DNA of 64,000 nucleotides from an uncultured Tissierellaceae bacterium (lineage in GTDB: Bacteria; Bacillota; Clostridia; Tissierellales; Tissierellaceae): positions 8,037 to 72,036 of the forward strand of contig CAZAGS010000001.1 of NCBI GenBank assembly GCA_964484955.1, read 5' to 3'. Made by a program: the position numbers and the translations under genes. How positions within the stretch are numbered: the first letter of the stretch is position 1; each line of letters opens with the position of its first letter. Positions 8,361-17,304 of the stretch are shown here, piece by piece. The notes under the pieces were generated by a model. It was not told where the DNA came from. It ran no database searches and saw nothing but the letters and a program-made list of their open reading frames with translations.

Positions 8361-9185
8361 TTATAACATCTCCCTTATTCTATTCATCTCTTCTTGGTCT
8401 ATACCATACTTACCCAATAATAGGCCACTGGCATTTTCCTCACCATGACAATCAGAACCCCCTGTTACCAACAATTTATTCTTCATTGCAATTTTTTTAA
8501 AAGTTCGTGTTTGCACTTTATCGTGCTTAGAGTGGATACATTCTAAGCCTTGTATTCCTTTTTCTATGCAATAATCAATTATTGCTGTATTTTTTAGTAG
8601 ACCAGGATGGGCTAGTGATGATATACCCCCTAGTCTCTTTATTAATATTATAGCATCCTCAATTGATAAAGTATATCTTTCTGCATAAGCAGGCTTACCT
8701 CTTTCTAAGTATCTAGTAAAGGCTTCCTGTAGATTAGATACGTAGCCCTTTTTCATTAGAGCTCTGGCTATATGTGGTCTACCAATATAATTATCTCTAG
8801 AAAATTCCTTTACATCATCTATGGTCAATTCCATATCTAATTCATTTATCCTTTTAACCATCTCAATGCCTCGTTTTGCTCTACCATCTCTAAGTTTTTT
8901 AGTTATATTGATTATTTCATTATCTTTATAATCAATATAAAGGCCTAAGATGTGTACTTCTTCATTTTTATAGATACATCCTAATTCAATACCTGGTATA
9001 ATTTCTATATCTCTATATTTTTTACTTTCATTAATAGCCTCTTCTATACCGTCTACAGAATCATGATCTGTTATAGCTATTCCACTTATATTTAGTTTAA
9101 CTGCATTTTCTACTACTTTTGCTGGATCCGATAAACCATCTGAATAATTAGTGTGCACATGTAGATCATAAATCACAGCTGACAC
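8361..9185 (-). CDS. PHP-domain phosphoesterase (TrpH/YciV-like)
   Basis: PHP motifs: DLHVHTNYSDG, AITDHDSVDG, IPGIELG, LAHP, GGSDCHG. The start may be the second GTG at 9176 (better SD spacing). Confidence 0.85.
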   Translation of the reverse strand: MSAVIYDLHVHTNYSDGLSDPAKVVENAVKLNISGIAITDHDSVDGIEEAINESKKYRDIEIIPGIELGCIYKNEEVHILGLYIDYKDNEIINITKKLRDGRAKRGIEMVKRINELDMELTIDDVKEFSRDNYIGRPHIARALMKKGYVSNLQEAFTRYLERGKPAYAERYTLSIEDAIILIKRLGGISSLAHPGLLKNTAIIDYCIEKGIQGLECIHSKHDKVQTRTFKKIAMKNKLLVTGGSDCHGEENASGLLLGKYGIDQEEMNRIREML

Positions 9186-9202
9186 TCTCCTTCTTTATAA
9201 TA

Positions 9203-9229
9203 CAAAAACCTGCCTAAAAGGCAGGTTTA
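9203..9229 (-). terminator. Rho-independent terminator/attenuator after rny
   Basis: On the - strand: AAACCTGCC-ttta-GGCAGGTTT followed by TTTTG. One of the few GC-rich hairpins in the region. Confidence 0.75.
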
Positions 9230-9260
9230 AATTATCAAATTTATATATCTATTTTAAAGA

Positions 9261-10805
9261 TTATTTTGCATATTCAATGGCCCTTGTTTCTCGAATTACA
9301 TTTATTTTAATCTGGCCAGGATAATCTAATTCAGCTTCAATTCTCTTGACTATTTCTCTAGCTGTAAGAATTGTTTGGCTTTCATTTACTTCATCAGGTT
9401 TTACCATAATTCTAACTTCTCGACCTGCTTGTATTGCAAATGATCTTTCTACACCTTCAAATGAATTTGCTATTTCTTCCAATTTCTCAAGGCGTTTAAT
9501 ATATAATTCTAATGATTCCCTTCTTGCACCTGGTCTGGCAGCAGATATAGCATCTGACGCTTGTACCAGTACAGCTTCTACTGTTTCAGGTTCAATATCT
9601 CCATGATGGGCTTCCATTGCATGAATTACTTCTTTCGATTCTTTATACTTTCTAGCGATGTCTACACCAATATCTACATGTGGACCTTCTACTTCATGAT
9701 CTACAGCTTTTCCTAAGTCATGTAATAGTCCGGCTCTCTTTGCAATTTTTATATCTGCGCCTAATTCAGCCGCAATCATTCCTGCCAAGTGAGATACTTC
9801 AATAGAATGTTTTAACACATTTTGTCCATAAGAAGTACGGTATTTTAATCTTCCTAAAAGTTTTATAATTTCAGGATGAAGACCGTGTACACCAGTATCA
9901 AAGGCAGCTTGTTCTCCTTCTTCTTTGATAATAGTATCTACTTCTTTTTTAGCTTTATCAACCATTTCTTCAATTCTAGCTGGATGTATTCTTCCATCTA
10001 TTATTAATTTTTCTAAAGCTATTCGTGCAACTTCTCTTCTTATTGGGTCAAAACCTGATAATACTACTGCTTCAGGAGTATCATCTATTATTAAATCAAT
10101 ACCCGTTAAGGTTTCTAGCGTTCTAATATTTCTACCTTCTCTACCGATAATCCTACCTTTCATTTCATCATTAGGTAGGGTAACAACTGTTACTGTTGTT
10201 TCAGCTACATGGTCTGCTGCAAATCTCTGAATTGCAGTAGATATAATCTCCCTAGCTTTTTTATCAGCATCTTGTTTAGTTTGATATTCCATATCTTTAA
10301 TCATTACAACACTTTCATGTTCTATTTCTTTTTTGATTGTATCTAGTAATAATTCCTTAGCATCTTCGGATGTTAATCCAGATAATCTTTCTAATTCTTC
10401 TCTTTGTTTAACTACTAATTCATCAATCAGTAGTTCTTTGTCTTCTAATTGTTTGTTCTTTCTAGCAATTTGGTCTTCTTTCTTCTCTATTGATTCTGAT
10501 CTTCTATCAATAGTTTCCTCTTTGTTTAAAATTCTTCTTTCTAGTTTCTGAATTTCATTTCTTCGTTCTCTAGCCTCTTTTTCTGCTTCAGTTCTTGAAC
10601 GATGAATTTCTTCTTTAGCTTCTAACAATAATTCTTTCTTTTTTGCTTCTGCATTTCTCTCTGCTTCTTTCCCAGCATTCTCAATAATTTTTTTAGATAA
10701 CTCTTCAGCATTATTTATCTTACCTTCGCCAATATGTTTTCTGATCATATAACCAGCGATTATTCCAATAATTGCGCTTAGAATTAAGAATATTAATGTT
10801 TCAAT
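9261..10805 (-). CDS. rny: Ribonuclease Y (membrane-anchored endoribonuclease), start revised upstream to a non-canonical ATT
   Basis: KH domain ([17 protein letters not shown]) and HD domain ([10 protein letters not shown]...LLHDLGKA), collinear with B. subtilis RNase Y. The 19 in-frame codons upstream of the ORF-track Met encode the conserved N-terminal TM helix ([19 protein letters not shown]). AGGAGG lies 9 nt before ATT at 10805. Confidence 0.9.
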   Translation of the reverse strand: METLIFLILSAIIGIIAGYMIRKHIGEGKINNAEELSKKIIENAGKEAERNAEAKKKELLLEAKEEIHRSRTEAEKEARERRNEIQKLERRILNKEETIDRRSESIEKKEDQIARKNKQLEDKELLIDELVVKQREELERLSGLTSEDAKELLLDTIKKEIEHESVVMIKDMEYQTKQDADKKAREIISTAIQRFAADHVAETTVTVVTLPNDEMKGRIIGREGRNIRTLETLTGIDLIIDDTPEAVVLSGFDPIRREVARIALEKLIIDGRIHPARIEEMVDKAKKEVDTIIKEEGEQAAFDTGVHGLHPEIIKLLGRLKYRTSYGQNVLKHSIEVSHLAGMIAAELGADIKIAKRAGLLHDLGKAVDHEVEGPHVDIGVDIARKYKESKEVIHAMEAHHGDIEPETVEAVLVQASDAISAARPGARRESLELYIKRLEKLEEIANSFEGVERSFAIQAGREVRIMVKPDEVNESQTILTAREIVKRIEAELDYPGQIKINVIRETRAIEYAK

Positions 10806-10938
10806 AACTAAACACCTCCTGTTGTATTAAATTTTCAAGTTCCATACTGCATTCTCATTTTAAAATTAATTACAAACTTTCAAATTTTAGTTTATAAAGT
10901 ACAGATAATTTTATTGTATGGTTACAATACATACATTC

Positions 10939-10967
10939 ATTTTATTACTATTTACTAACAATGTCAA
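10939..10967 (-). promoter_or_regulatory. Candidate rny promoter (-35 TTGACA, 17-nt spacer, -10 TAAAAT)
   Basis: On the - strand: TTGACA (10967-10962), 17 nt, TAAAAT (10944-10939). Located just after the stop of the upstream cluster. Confidence 0.55.
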
Positions 10968-10973
10968 GAAAAA

Positions 10974-11627
10974 TTAAGGTTCAACAGGTCTTACACTACT
11001 TGTAGTAGCTATTAGTTCTACTCTATATGCATTATCGCTAATAGCTGATAGGTGTTGGTTATGGGTTACCATTATTATTTGTCTATTAAACATTTCTGAG
11101 CTTTGCTTTAAAAAGTCTCCTACATTAAAAACATAGTCCTCGCTTACATGTTTTGCTGGTTCATCTAAGATTAAAGGGCCTTCTATCTTAGGTTTATGAA
11201 TTTGAAGGAAAGCTATCCTAAGAGCTAGGGATATAATATCTACCACTCCTCCCCCTCTAGATAACTCAGGCCTAGTTTTTATTATTGTGTCTCCATGTGT
11301 ACTAACTACATAAAATTCTGCATTTGCTTTTCCTCTTAATTCCTCTAATTCAATTATGAATTCAATATCTGTTTCAAAAACATATTGTAAACATTTAGTT
11401 ACCAGGGTTTCAATTTGTTTCTTTGCCTGTAATCTGGCAAATTCAGAAGTTTTCTGAAACAAAATTATAACTTTTTCTAATAATTCTTGGTCTATTATTA
11501 TCTTTTCTATAGTTACTTTATTTTCGTGAAGCTGTTCTAGTAATTTATCTTTTTTTCCTTGTTCTCTTAAAATATAATTCTTTATTTGTTCTAATTGATT
11601 ATCTAATTCGCTTATTTTTTTTATCAT
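10974..11627 (-). CDS. Rad50/SbcC-like ABC ATPase, C-terminal head half (signature motif, Walker B, H-loop)
   Basis: About 60 aa of N-terminal coiled coil, then an ABC signature-like LSRGGGVVD, Walker B PLILDEP, D-loop, and H-loop MVTHN. No Walker A. The ATG starts 1 nt after the upstream stop (coupled). Confidence 0.7.
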   Translation of the reverse strand: MIKKISELDNQLEQIKNYILREQGKKDKLLEQLHENKVTIEKIIIDQELLEKVIILFQKTSEFARLQAKKQIETLVTKCLQYVFETDIEFIIELEELRGKANAEFYVVSTHGDTIIKTRPELSRGGGVVDIISLALRIAFLQIHKPKIEGPLILDEPAKHVSEDYVFNVGDFLKQSSEMFNRQIIMVTHNQHLSAISDNAYRVELIATTSSVRPVEP

Positions 11628-11628
11628 A

Positions 11629-11880
11629 CTAATTCTTCTTTTCTAGTAAGTCTTTTGGAAGTAATTCATTAGCCTCCTGAAAAAGCTTGTTAATTTCCAT
11701 GGTTAAAGAATTAATTTCTGTTTCAAGATCCTCAGGCTTTACTCCTAAGTCCTTTAACTCTTTTATAATTTCTTCTTCTTGTTGTTTTAATTGCTCTAGA
11801 CGTGCTTCTGCTCTATATTTCAATGATTTGGCTTTTTCCAAATTATCCTTTAATAAGTTTAAATCCTTTTCATAGTCCAT
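11629..11880 (-). CDS. 83-aa coiled-coil protein (middle piece of the split Rad50-like ATPase?)
   Basis: Heptad-rich, charged sequence with no enzymatic motif. Own strong SD (AGGAGG 7 nt upstream of ATG). Sandwiched between the two ATPase halves. Confidence 0.6.
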   Translation of the reverse strand: MDYEKDLNLLKDNLEKAKSLKYRAEARLEQLKQQEEEIIKELKDLGVKPEDLETEINSLTMEINKLFQEANELLPKDLLEKKN

Positions 11881-11891
11881 AGATATACCTC

Positions 11892-13334
11892 CTATTTATA
11901 ATGTTCTATAATATGATTTACTTTGTTCTCATCTATATAACTAAGACAAACTGGGCAAACTTCTTGCTTAGAAAGTAAATCTCTATAATCTTTTAGGTGT
12001 TTTGTTTGTAATAAGTTATTTTGTATTACAGATTCTTGTGTTTTATTTATTTCTGAAGTTAATATTTTAAGTTTATTATATATATTTTGTAATTTTAGAA
12101 TTTTATTATTGGAAAAGTTTAAATTATTTATAATATTATCTAATTGGTCAATTTCAGTAAAATTTTCCATATAAATTTGACCTTTGTTTATATTATTTTG
12201 AATACTAGTATATGAAATGTTTAATTGCTTGAGATTTAATAATTCCTGAGATTTCTTATGGATCAATTTACTAGTATTTTGTAAGTTAGAAATATGTTTT
12301 AATTTATCGATTGTCTTATTACATGTCTCAAGCTCATATTTATACTTTGAAATACTATTGTTTAATTTATTCAATGCATTCATTCGTATTAGGAGTTTAG
12401 ATAATAAGTCACATTTATCTGCCCCATAGTGAAGATTTTCAAGTTTCTTCATAATGTTGATTTCTTCGTTAATGTTAGTTTTAACTGTGTGGTAAGTTCT
12501 TTTTTTATTATTATAATATTTATGCTCTTTGTATAAATCTTCTAACCTAACAATTATAAAATCTATATTATCTATCTCTTTTAGCTTGTTTAAATATGAT
12601 TTTGATTGTTTTAAAGAAGATTCTGTTCTGATTAATATATTATTCAATTCTGTTAATCTATTATATTTATTAGTTAGTTCTTGTATAATACTTCTGATGA
12701 TTTCAACTTTTTGTATTCTATTACTTACCTCAGTTATATAATCATATTGTTCTAACTCGGTTTCTAACTTAGAAATACTTAATTCTAAGTTTTTTCTAAT
12801 AGTGGAGATATTTCTATTATCTCTTAGCCCTTCTTGAAGAGCATCATCTATAACATTAACACCTACTAATCTCCCTATTGCACTGGCTCTTATAGCAGTT
12901 CTTTCAGAAAGTAAGAATGCCCCATCTAATTGTTCCCCTAGATTTATAGAAGCAGATTCTGAACTGTCTAGGTGAATCTTCTTAATATTTATAGCATCTA
13001 TTATTTCTTGTGGTACATTAGTACCAAAACCTTCAAAGATTAATTCTTCCTCATCTGGTATAAAAAGATGATAGCTATTTTTTGATTTACTTCTATACCT
13101 TTTCACCTTAATATTATCACTGAACTCAATGGTTACACTGGCCTCTCTTTCTCCTTCTCTAATAAAATAGTCTCCTGCAGGCTCATTATATAAAACCCAC
13201 TTAAGTCCTCTAATAATTGCAGATTTACCGGAATCAGAAGGTCCAACAATTACATTTAACTGATGATCTAATTCTATTATTGTATATTTATGAGACTGGA
13301 AATTTTGAAGTATTATCTTTTTAATATATCTCAT
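11892..13334 (-). CDS. Rad50/SbcC-like ABC ATPase, N-terminal head half + long coiled coil ending in a CxxC zinc hook
   Basis: Rad50/RecF-type N-terminus (IKKIILQNFQSHKYTIIEL...NVIVGPSDSGKSAIIRGLKWVL, Walker A G31-S38). About 290 aa of low-complexity coiled coil. CPVC at residues 460-463 of 480. No signature or Walker B. Confidence 0.75.
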   Translation of the reverse strand: MRYIKKIILQNFQSHKYTIIELDHQLNVIVGPSDSGKSAIIRGLKWVLYNEPAGDYFIREGEREASVTIEFSDNIKVKRYRSKSKNSYHLFIPDEEELIFEGFGTNVPQEIIDAINIKKIHLDSSESASINLGEQLDGAFLLSERTAIRASAIGRLVGVNVIDDALQEGLRDNRNISTIRKNLELSISKLETELEQYDYITEVSNRIQKVEIIRSIIQELTNKYNRLTELNNILIRTESSLKQSKSYLNKLKEIDNIDFIIVRLEDLYKEHKYYNNKKRTYHTVKTNINEEINIMKKLENLHYGADKCDLLSKLLIRMNALNKLNNSISKYKYELETCNKTIDKLKHISNLQNTSKLIHKKSQELLNLKQLNISYTSIQNNINKGQIYMENFTEIDQLDNIINNLNFSNNKILKLQNIYNKLKILTSEINKTQESVIQNNLLQTKHLKDYRDLLSKQEVCPVCLSYIDENKVNHIIEHYK

Positions 13335-13336
13335 TA

Positions 13337-14320
13337 TTAATCACCACTTAAACCTTTCATTTGGACAAGTGTAATCCTTCTTAGTGCTTCAATTTTAACA
13401 TTTTCACTTACACCTTCTGAAGTAGAAACTTCTATTAACAAATCATTTATATCCATCTTTTCGAAATCAAGTGCATCATCTATGGTTTGCTTAAATTCAA
13501 ATAGTCTTTCTCTTTGAAATATATTTTTTTCAATTTCTGCCCTATCCAATACATCTTCTCCAGTTTTGGCTGTTTTTAGTGGCACAAATCTAATATCTAT
13601 TTTATCCTTTAAATCTATTAATGCTACTTGAGGTTGCCTTTCTATTTCTCTTAAACTATTTGTAATTCTTACAATACTACCTGGATTGATAAAATATTTA
13701 TTGTCAATAATAGTCTTTTTAAAGCCTGAATGATAGTGTCCAGAAAGTGTAATATCCGCTTTAGTTGATTTTATATCGTCAATTAATGTAAATGGTATAC
13801 CTTTGATAAAAGGTTTGTCCAAAAGCATACCATGAACTAAATGGATGGAATAATTTATATCTTCATTTATACTATTTACCAAATAATATTCTCTGTTATT
13901 AGGATCGTCTATATTGTATATATAAGGTTGACCAGTTAATTGAACTTTAATATTATCCTTTTCCAGTAATATTTTACCCTTTCCATCAATTATATTAACA
14001 ATATTTAAACTATTTAACAAACCAACCATTGTTCTATGGACTGTTTGAGGGTTATGACCATATATATCATGATTACCACTAACCATGTATATAGGAACTT
14101 TAATCTGATTTAGGATATTTGCAAATCTACTAACAATAGAAACTGAAATATCTGGTCTATCAAATAGGTCTCCACCATGAATTACAAAATCTATACTTTC
14201 ATCTTCAATTATCTTAAGAATTTCTAAAAATTTGTTCTCTAATGTTTCAACATAGTCATCTTTTCTATTTTTCGGACTTGTTCCTCTTATATGGGTATCT
14301 GTAAAATACAATATTCTCAA
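13337..14320 (-). CDS. Mre11/SbcD-family metallophosphoesterase (DNA repair exonuclease-like)
   Basis: Calcineurin-like motifs in canonical order: DTH (FTDTHIRG), GDLFD, GNHD, LVHG, GHYH. TTG start with a GGTGGGA SD. Stop lies 2 nt before the ATPase start. Confidence 0.85.
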   Translation of the reverse strand: MRILYFTDTHIRGTSPKNRKDDYVETLENKFLEILKIIEDESIDFVIHGGDLFDRPDISVSIVSRFANILNQIKVPIYMVSGNHDIYGHNPQTVHRTMVGLLNSLNIVNIIDGKGKILLEKDNIKVQLTGQPYIYNIDDPNNREYYLVNSINEDINYSIHLVHGMLLDKPFIKGIPFTLIDDIKSTKADITLSGHYHSGFKKTIIDNKYFINPGSIVRITNSLREIERQPQVALIDLKDKIDIRFVPLKTAKTGEDVLDRAEIEKNIFQRERLFEFKQTIDDALDFEKMDINDLLIEVSTSEGVSENVKIEALRRITLVQMKGLSGD

Positions 14321-14334
14321 TTCTATCCCACCCT

Positions 14335-14362
14335 AACATAAAACCTCCTATTAAAGGAGGTT
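14335..14362 (-). terminator. Weak hairpin terminator/attenuator immediately after recA
   Basis: On the - strand: AACCTCCT-ttaat-AGGAGGTT followed by only UUAUGUU. It overlaps the recA stop and sits 15 nt before the SD of the Mre11-like gene. Confidence 0.45.
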
Positions 14363-15419
14363 ATTTTGTATTTTTGTCTTTTTCCTTTAGATCAATCTCA
14401 GTATCTTTAGGATCAACATCATCTTTAATTAGTTCATATTTTATTCTTATTTTCTTTTCAATCTCTTGAGCGATTTCCGGATTGTCTCTTAAAAAGTCTT
14501 TGGAATTTTCTCTTCCTTGTCCTAGTCTATGCTCACCATAACTATACCAAGATCCTGATTTATTTATTATATCAGCAGTTACTCCAACATCCAATATATT
14601 ACCGTCCTTAGATATTCCTAATCCGTACATTATATCAAATTCTGCTTGTTTAAAAGGTGGTGCTACCTTGTTCTTAACAACTTTTATTCTAGTCCTATTT
14701 CCTATTACTCCATCACCTTGTTTAATGGCATCAATTCTTCTTATGTCCATTCTAACACTTGCATAGAATTTTAATGCACGTCCTCCAGTGGTGGTTTCTG
14801 GACTTCCAAACATAACTCCAATCTTTTCTCTAAGTTGATTTATAAAGATAACTGTAGTATTAGATTTACTAATAGAGCCTGCAAGTTTTCTAAGGGCTTG
14901 AGACATAAGCCTAGCCTGTAATCCCATATGGCTATCACCCATTTCTCCTTCAATTTCAGCCTTTGGAACAAGTGCTGCTACTGAATCCACTACCACAATA
15001 TCTACAGCATTAGAACGTACTAATGATTCTGTTATTTCTAAAGCTTGTTCTCCAGTATCAGGTTGGGAAATTATTAAATTATCTACATCTACTCCTAATC
15101 TTCTAGCATATGTAGGATCTAGGGCATGTTCAGCATCAATAAAGGCTGCAATTCCACCTAATTTTTGGGCCTCAGCTACAATATGAAGAGTAACAGTTGT
15201 TTTACCTGAGGATTCAGGTCCATAGATTTCAATAATTCTACCTCTAGGAACTCCGCCAATACCTAATGCTATGTCAAGATCAAGAGAACCAGTAGGTATT
15301 ACATCCAAATTCATTTTGAAATTCTCACCTAAACGCATTATTGAGCCTTTTCCAAATTGTTTTTCAATCTGACTTATTGCTAAGTCTAATGCTTTTTTCT
15401 TCTCGCTATTTTCAACCAT
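14361..15419 (-). CDS. recA: Recombinase RecA
   Basis: Canonical RecA sequence: Walker [43 protein letters not shown], and L1/L2 loops. Confidence 0.97.
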   Translation of the reverse strand: MVENSEKKKALDLAISQIEKQFGKGSIMRLGENFKMNLDVIPTGSLDLDIALGIGGVPRGRIIEIYGPESSGKTTVTLHIVAEAQKLGGIAAFIDAEHALDPTYARRLGVDVDNLIISQPDTGEQALEITESLVRSNAVDIVVVDSVAALVPKAEIEGEMGDSHMGLQARLMSQALRKLAGSISKSNTTVIFINQLREKIGVMFGSPETTTGGRALKFYASVRMDIRRIDAIKQGDGVIGNRTRIKVVKNKVAPPFKQAEFDIMYGLGISKDGNILDVGVTADIINKSGSWYSYGEHRLGQGRENSKDFLRDNPEIAQEIEKKIRIKYELIKDDVDPKDTEIDLKEKDKNTK

Positions 15420-15453
15420 AATTCTCCAGATAAACTGGATTCACCCCTTTCAC

Positions 15454-15471
15454 ATTATAGAACATTTGTTC
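15454..15471 (-). promoter_or_regulatory. recA LexA box GAACAAATGTTC abutting a TATAAT -10 element
   Basis: Perfect GAAC-N4-GTTC core at 15460-15471. On the - strand it is directly followed by TATAAT (15459-15454). A second possible promoter lies upstream (TTGACT-17-TATTAT). Confidence 0.75.
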
Positions 15472-15513
15472 AGTATCTATATAATATAATACAAACATTA
15501 ATAAGTCAAACAC

Positions 15514-16743
15514 TTATTTCATCAAAAATTTTCTAATTTCAATAAATGCCCTAGTGGCAGCTCTGTTCTGAATTGAAACCCTACTTCCATTAAAATTACA
15601 TTTTATAACTTTATGTTTATTTCTATCCATTATGCAGATATACACCAATCCAATAGGCTTGTCTATTGATTCACCAGAAGGACCTGCTATACCTGTTATA
15701 GATAAAGCTATGTCTAGGTTTGTTCGCTCCAGTAATCCTTTAGCCATGGCATATGCGGTTTCACTGCTTACAGCTCCAAATTCCTCTATTATTTCATTTT
15801 GAACTCCTAATTCTTCATTTTTAGATTGATTACTATAAGTGACTATAGCTCTATCTAATACATTAGATGCACCTGGTATTTTAGTAAATCTACTACTTAT
15901 AAGTCCACCTGTACATGATTCACACAAGCCCAATTTAAGCTTTCTTTCATTTAATAAATTAAATACAACTTCTTCAATTAAAATATTATCGTAGCCAAAA
16001 ATAAACTCATTAAATCTATTTATAATAAGATTAATAATTTTACTCATCTTATTTTCTACATCTGTCTTTATTTTGCCTTTGCCTATTATTTTAATTTCTA
16101 TATAGCTGGACTTAGCAAATGTAGCTATAATAAAATTGTCATCATCCCATATAGGCATTTCTTTTAATTGAGATTCTAAATTAGACTCTCCAATTCCATA
16201 TAAATTAATAGACCGAGTTAGAATTGTATAATCTTCTTGTATAAGTGGTACAACATATTTTTGAAACATAAAATTCATTTCAGCTGGTGGTCCCGGTAGC
16301 ATAATCACTTTTTTATTATCTTTATTGATATATATGCCTGGTGCCGTACCATGCTCATTTGTAAGAAAACTAGATCCCTTTGGCTTTACCGCTTGTTTTC
16401 TATTGTTTTCACTCATAGGACTACTCATATTCTTAAACATATCTATTATAGTATTTTCCATAGTATAGTCCATCTCTAATTCCAATCCAAGGGCATTAGA
16501 GATGACCTCTTTTGTTAAGTCATCTTCAGTTGGACCAAGTCCACCTGTTGTAATTATAATATCTGCTCTATTTAAAGCTATATTAAAGACTTGAGAAAGT
16601 CTTTCATTATTATCATCTACTGTAGTGTGATAATATATATCTATACCCAGTTCCATCAATTTTTCTGATAAGAATTTAGAGTTGGTATTTAATATGCTTC
16701 CTGTTGTTATTTCAGTTCCAATAGAAATTATTTCTCCAATCAC
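15514..16743 (-). CDS. cinA: Competence/damage-inducible protein CinA (MoCF-binding + PncC nicotinamide-nucleotide amidase domains)
   Basis: N-terminal MoaB/MogA-like domain (IISIGTEITTGSILNTNS, TTGGLGPTEDD). C-terminal CinA domain (ESCTGGL...ITGIAGP). GTG start with a GGGGGGT SD. Confidence 0.9.
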   Translation of the reverse strand: MIGEIISIGTEITTGSILNTNSKFLSEKLMELGIDIYYHTTVDDNNERLSQVFNIALNRADIIITTGGLGPTEDDLTKEVISNALGLELEMDYTMENTIIDMFKNMSSPMSENNRKQAVKPKGSSFLTNEHGTAPGIYINKDNKKVIMLPGPPAEMNFMFQKYVVPLIQEDYTILTRSINLYGIGESNLESQLKEMPIWDDDNFIIATFAKSSYIEIKIIGKGKIKTDVENKMSKIINLIINRFNEFIFGYDNILIEEVVFNLLNERKLKLGLCESCTGGLISSRFTKIPGASNVLDRAIVTYSNQSKNEELGVQNEIIEEFGAVSSETAYAMAKGLLERTNLDIALSITGIAGPSGESIDKPIGLVYICIMDRNKHKVIKCNFNGSRVSIQNRAATRAFIEIRKFLMK

Positions 16744-16758
16744 AAGCTTACCCCCCTA

Positions 16759-17304
16759 TTAAATGTCATCAAGATTTAGAGTATGTCTATTCTTATATAA
16801 ATAATCAATACCTGATAATACTGTAAAGAATAAGGATATATATAACATAATCATATCAAATGGGAAAGCAATTTTGTAAAATGGAAAATTATTAAACAAT
16901 AATGAAACTATGGCTACTAATTGAGTTATTGTTTTAAATTTTCCAAGAGAACTTGCAGCTATAGTTACGCCTTCAGAAGCAGCCAATATTCTAAATCCTG
17001 TTATAGTAAATTCCCTAGCAATTATAACAACAACTACCCACCCTGGTACTTTACCTAATTCAACTAGTGAAATTAGTGCGGCTGATACTAATATTTTATC
17101 TGCAAGTGGATCTACAAACTTACCAAAATTAGTTACTAACTTTTGGCTTCTTGCTATATAACCATCTAAGGTATCTGTTAATGAAGCAATAATAAATATT
17201 GCACCAGCAATATAATGGCTATTATTTATATTTGAATATAAAACAAACATAAAAACAGGAACTAATAAAACTCTTAACAAAGTAATTTTATTGGGCAGAT
17301 TCAT
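16759..17304 (-). CDS. pgsA: CDP-diacylglycerol--glycerol-3-phosphate 3-phosphatidyltransferase
   Basis: CDP-alcohol phosphatidyltransferase motif DTLDGYIAR...G...DPLADK. Multi-TM protein. Confidence 0.92.
   Translation of the reverse strand: MNLPNKITLLRVLLVPVFMFVLYSNINNSHYIAGAIFIIASLTDTLDGYIARSQKLVTNFGKFVDPLADKILVSAALISLVELGKVPGWVVVVIIAREFTITGFRILAASEGVTIAASSLGKFKTITQLVAIVSLLFNNFPFYKIAFPFDMIMLYISLFFTVLSGIDYLYKNRHTLNLDDI

Noticed and set aside
10974-13334. The three ATPase pieces as a simple pseudogene, i.e. a frameshifted or nonsense-disrupted sbcC.
   Set aside because: Each junction has an organised restart: AGGAGG 7 nt before the 83-aa ORF, and TAG-n-ATG coupling into the C-half. Neither break is at a homopolymer run. 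The first break falls neatly just after the hook. Even so, decay cannot be excluded without orthologue comparison, so it is listed as the refutation test of the main finding.
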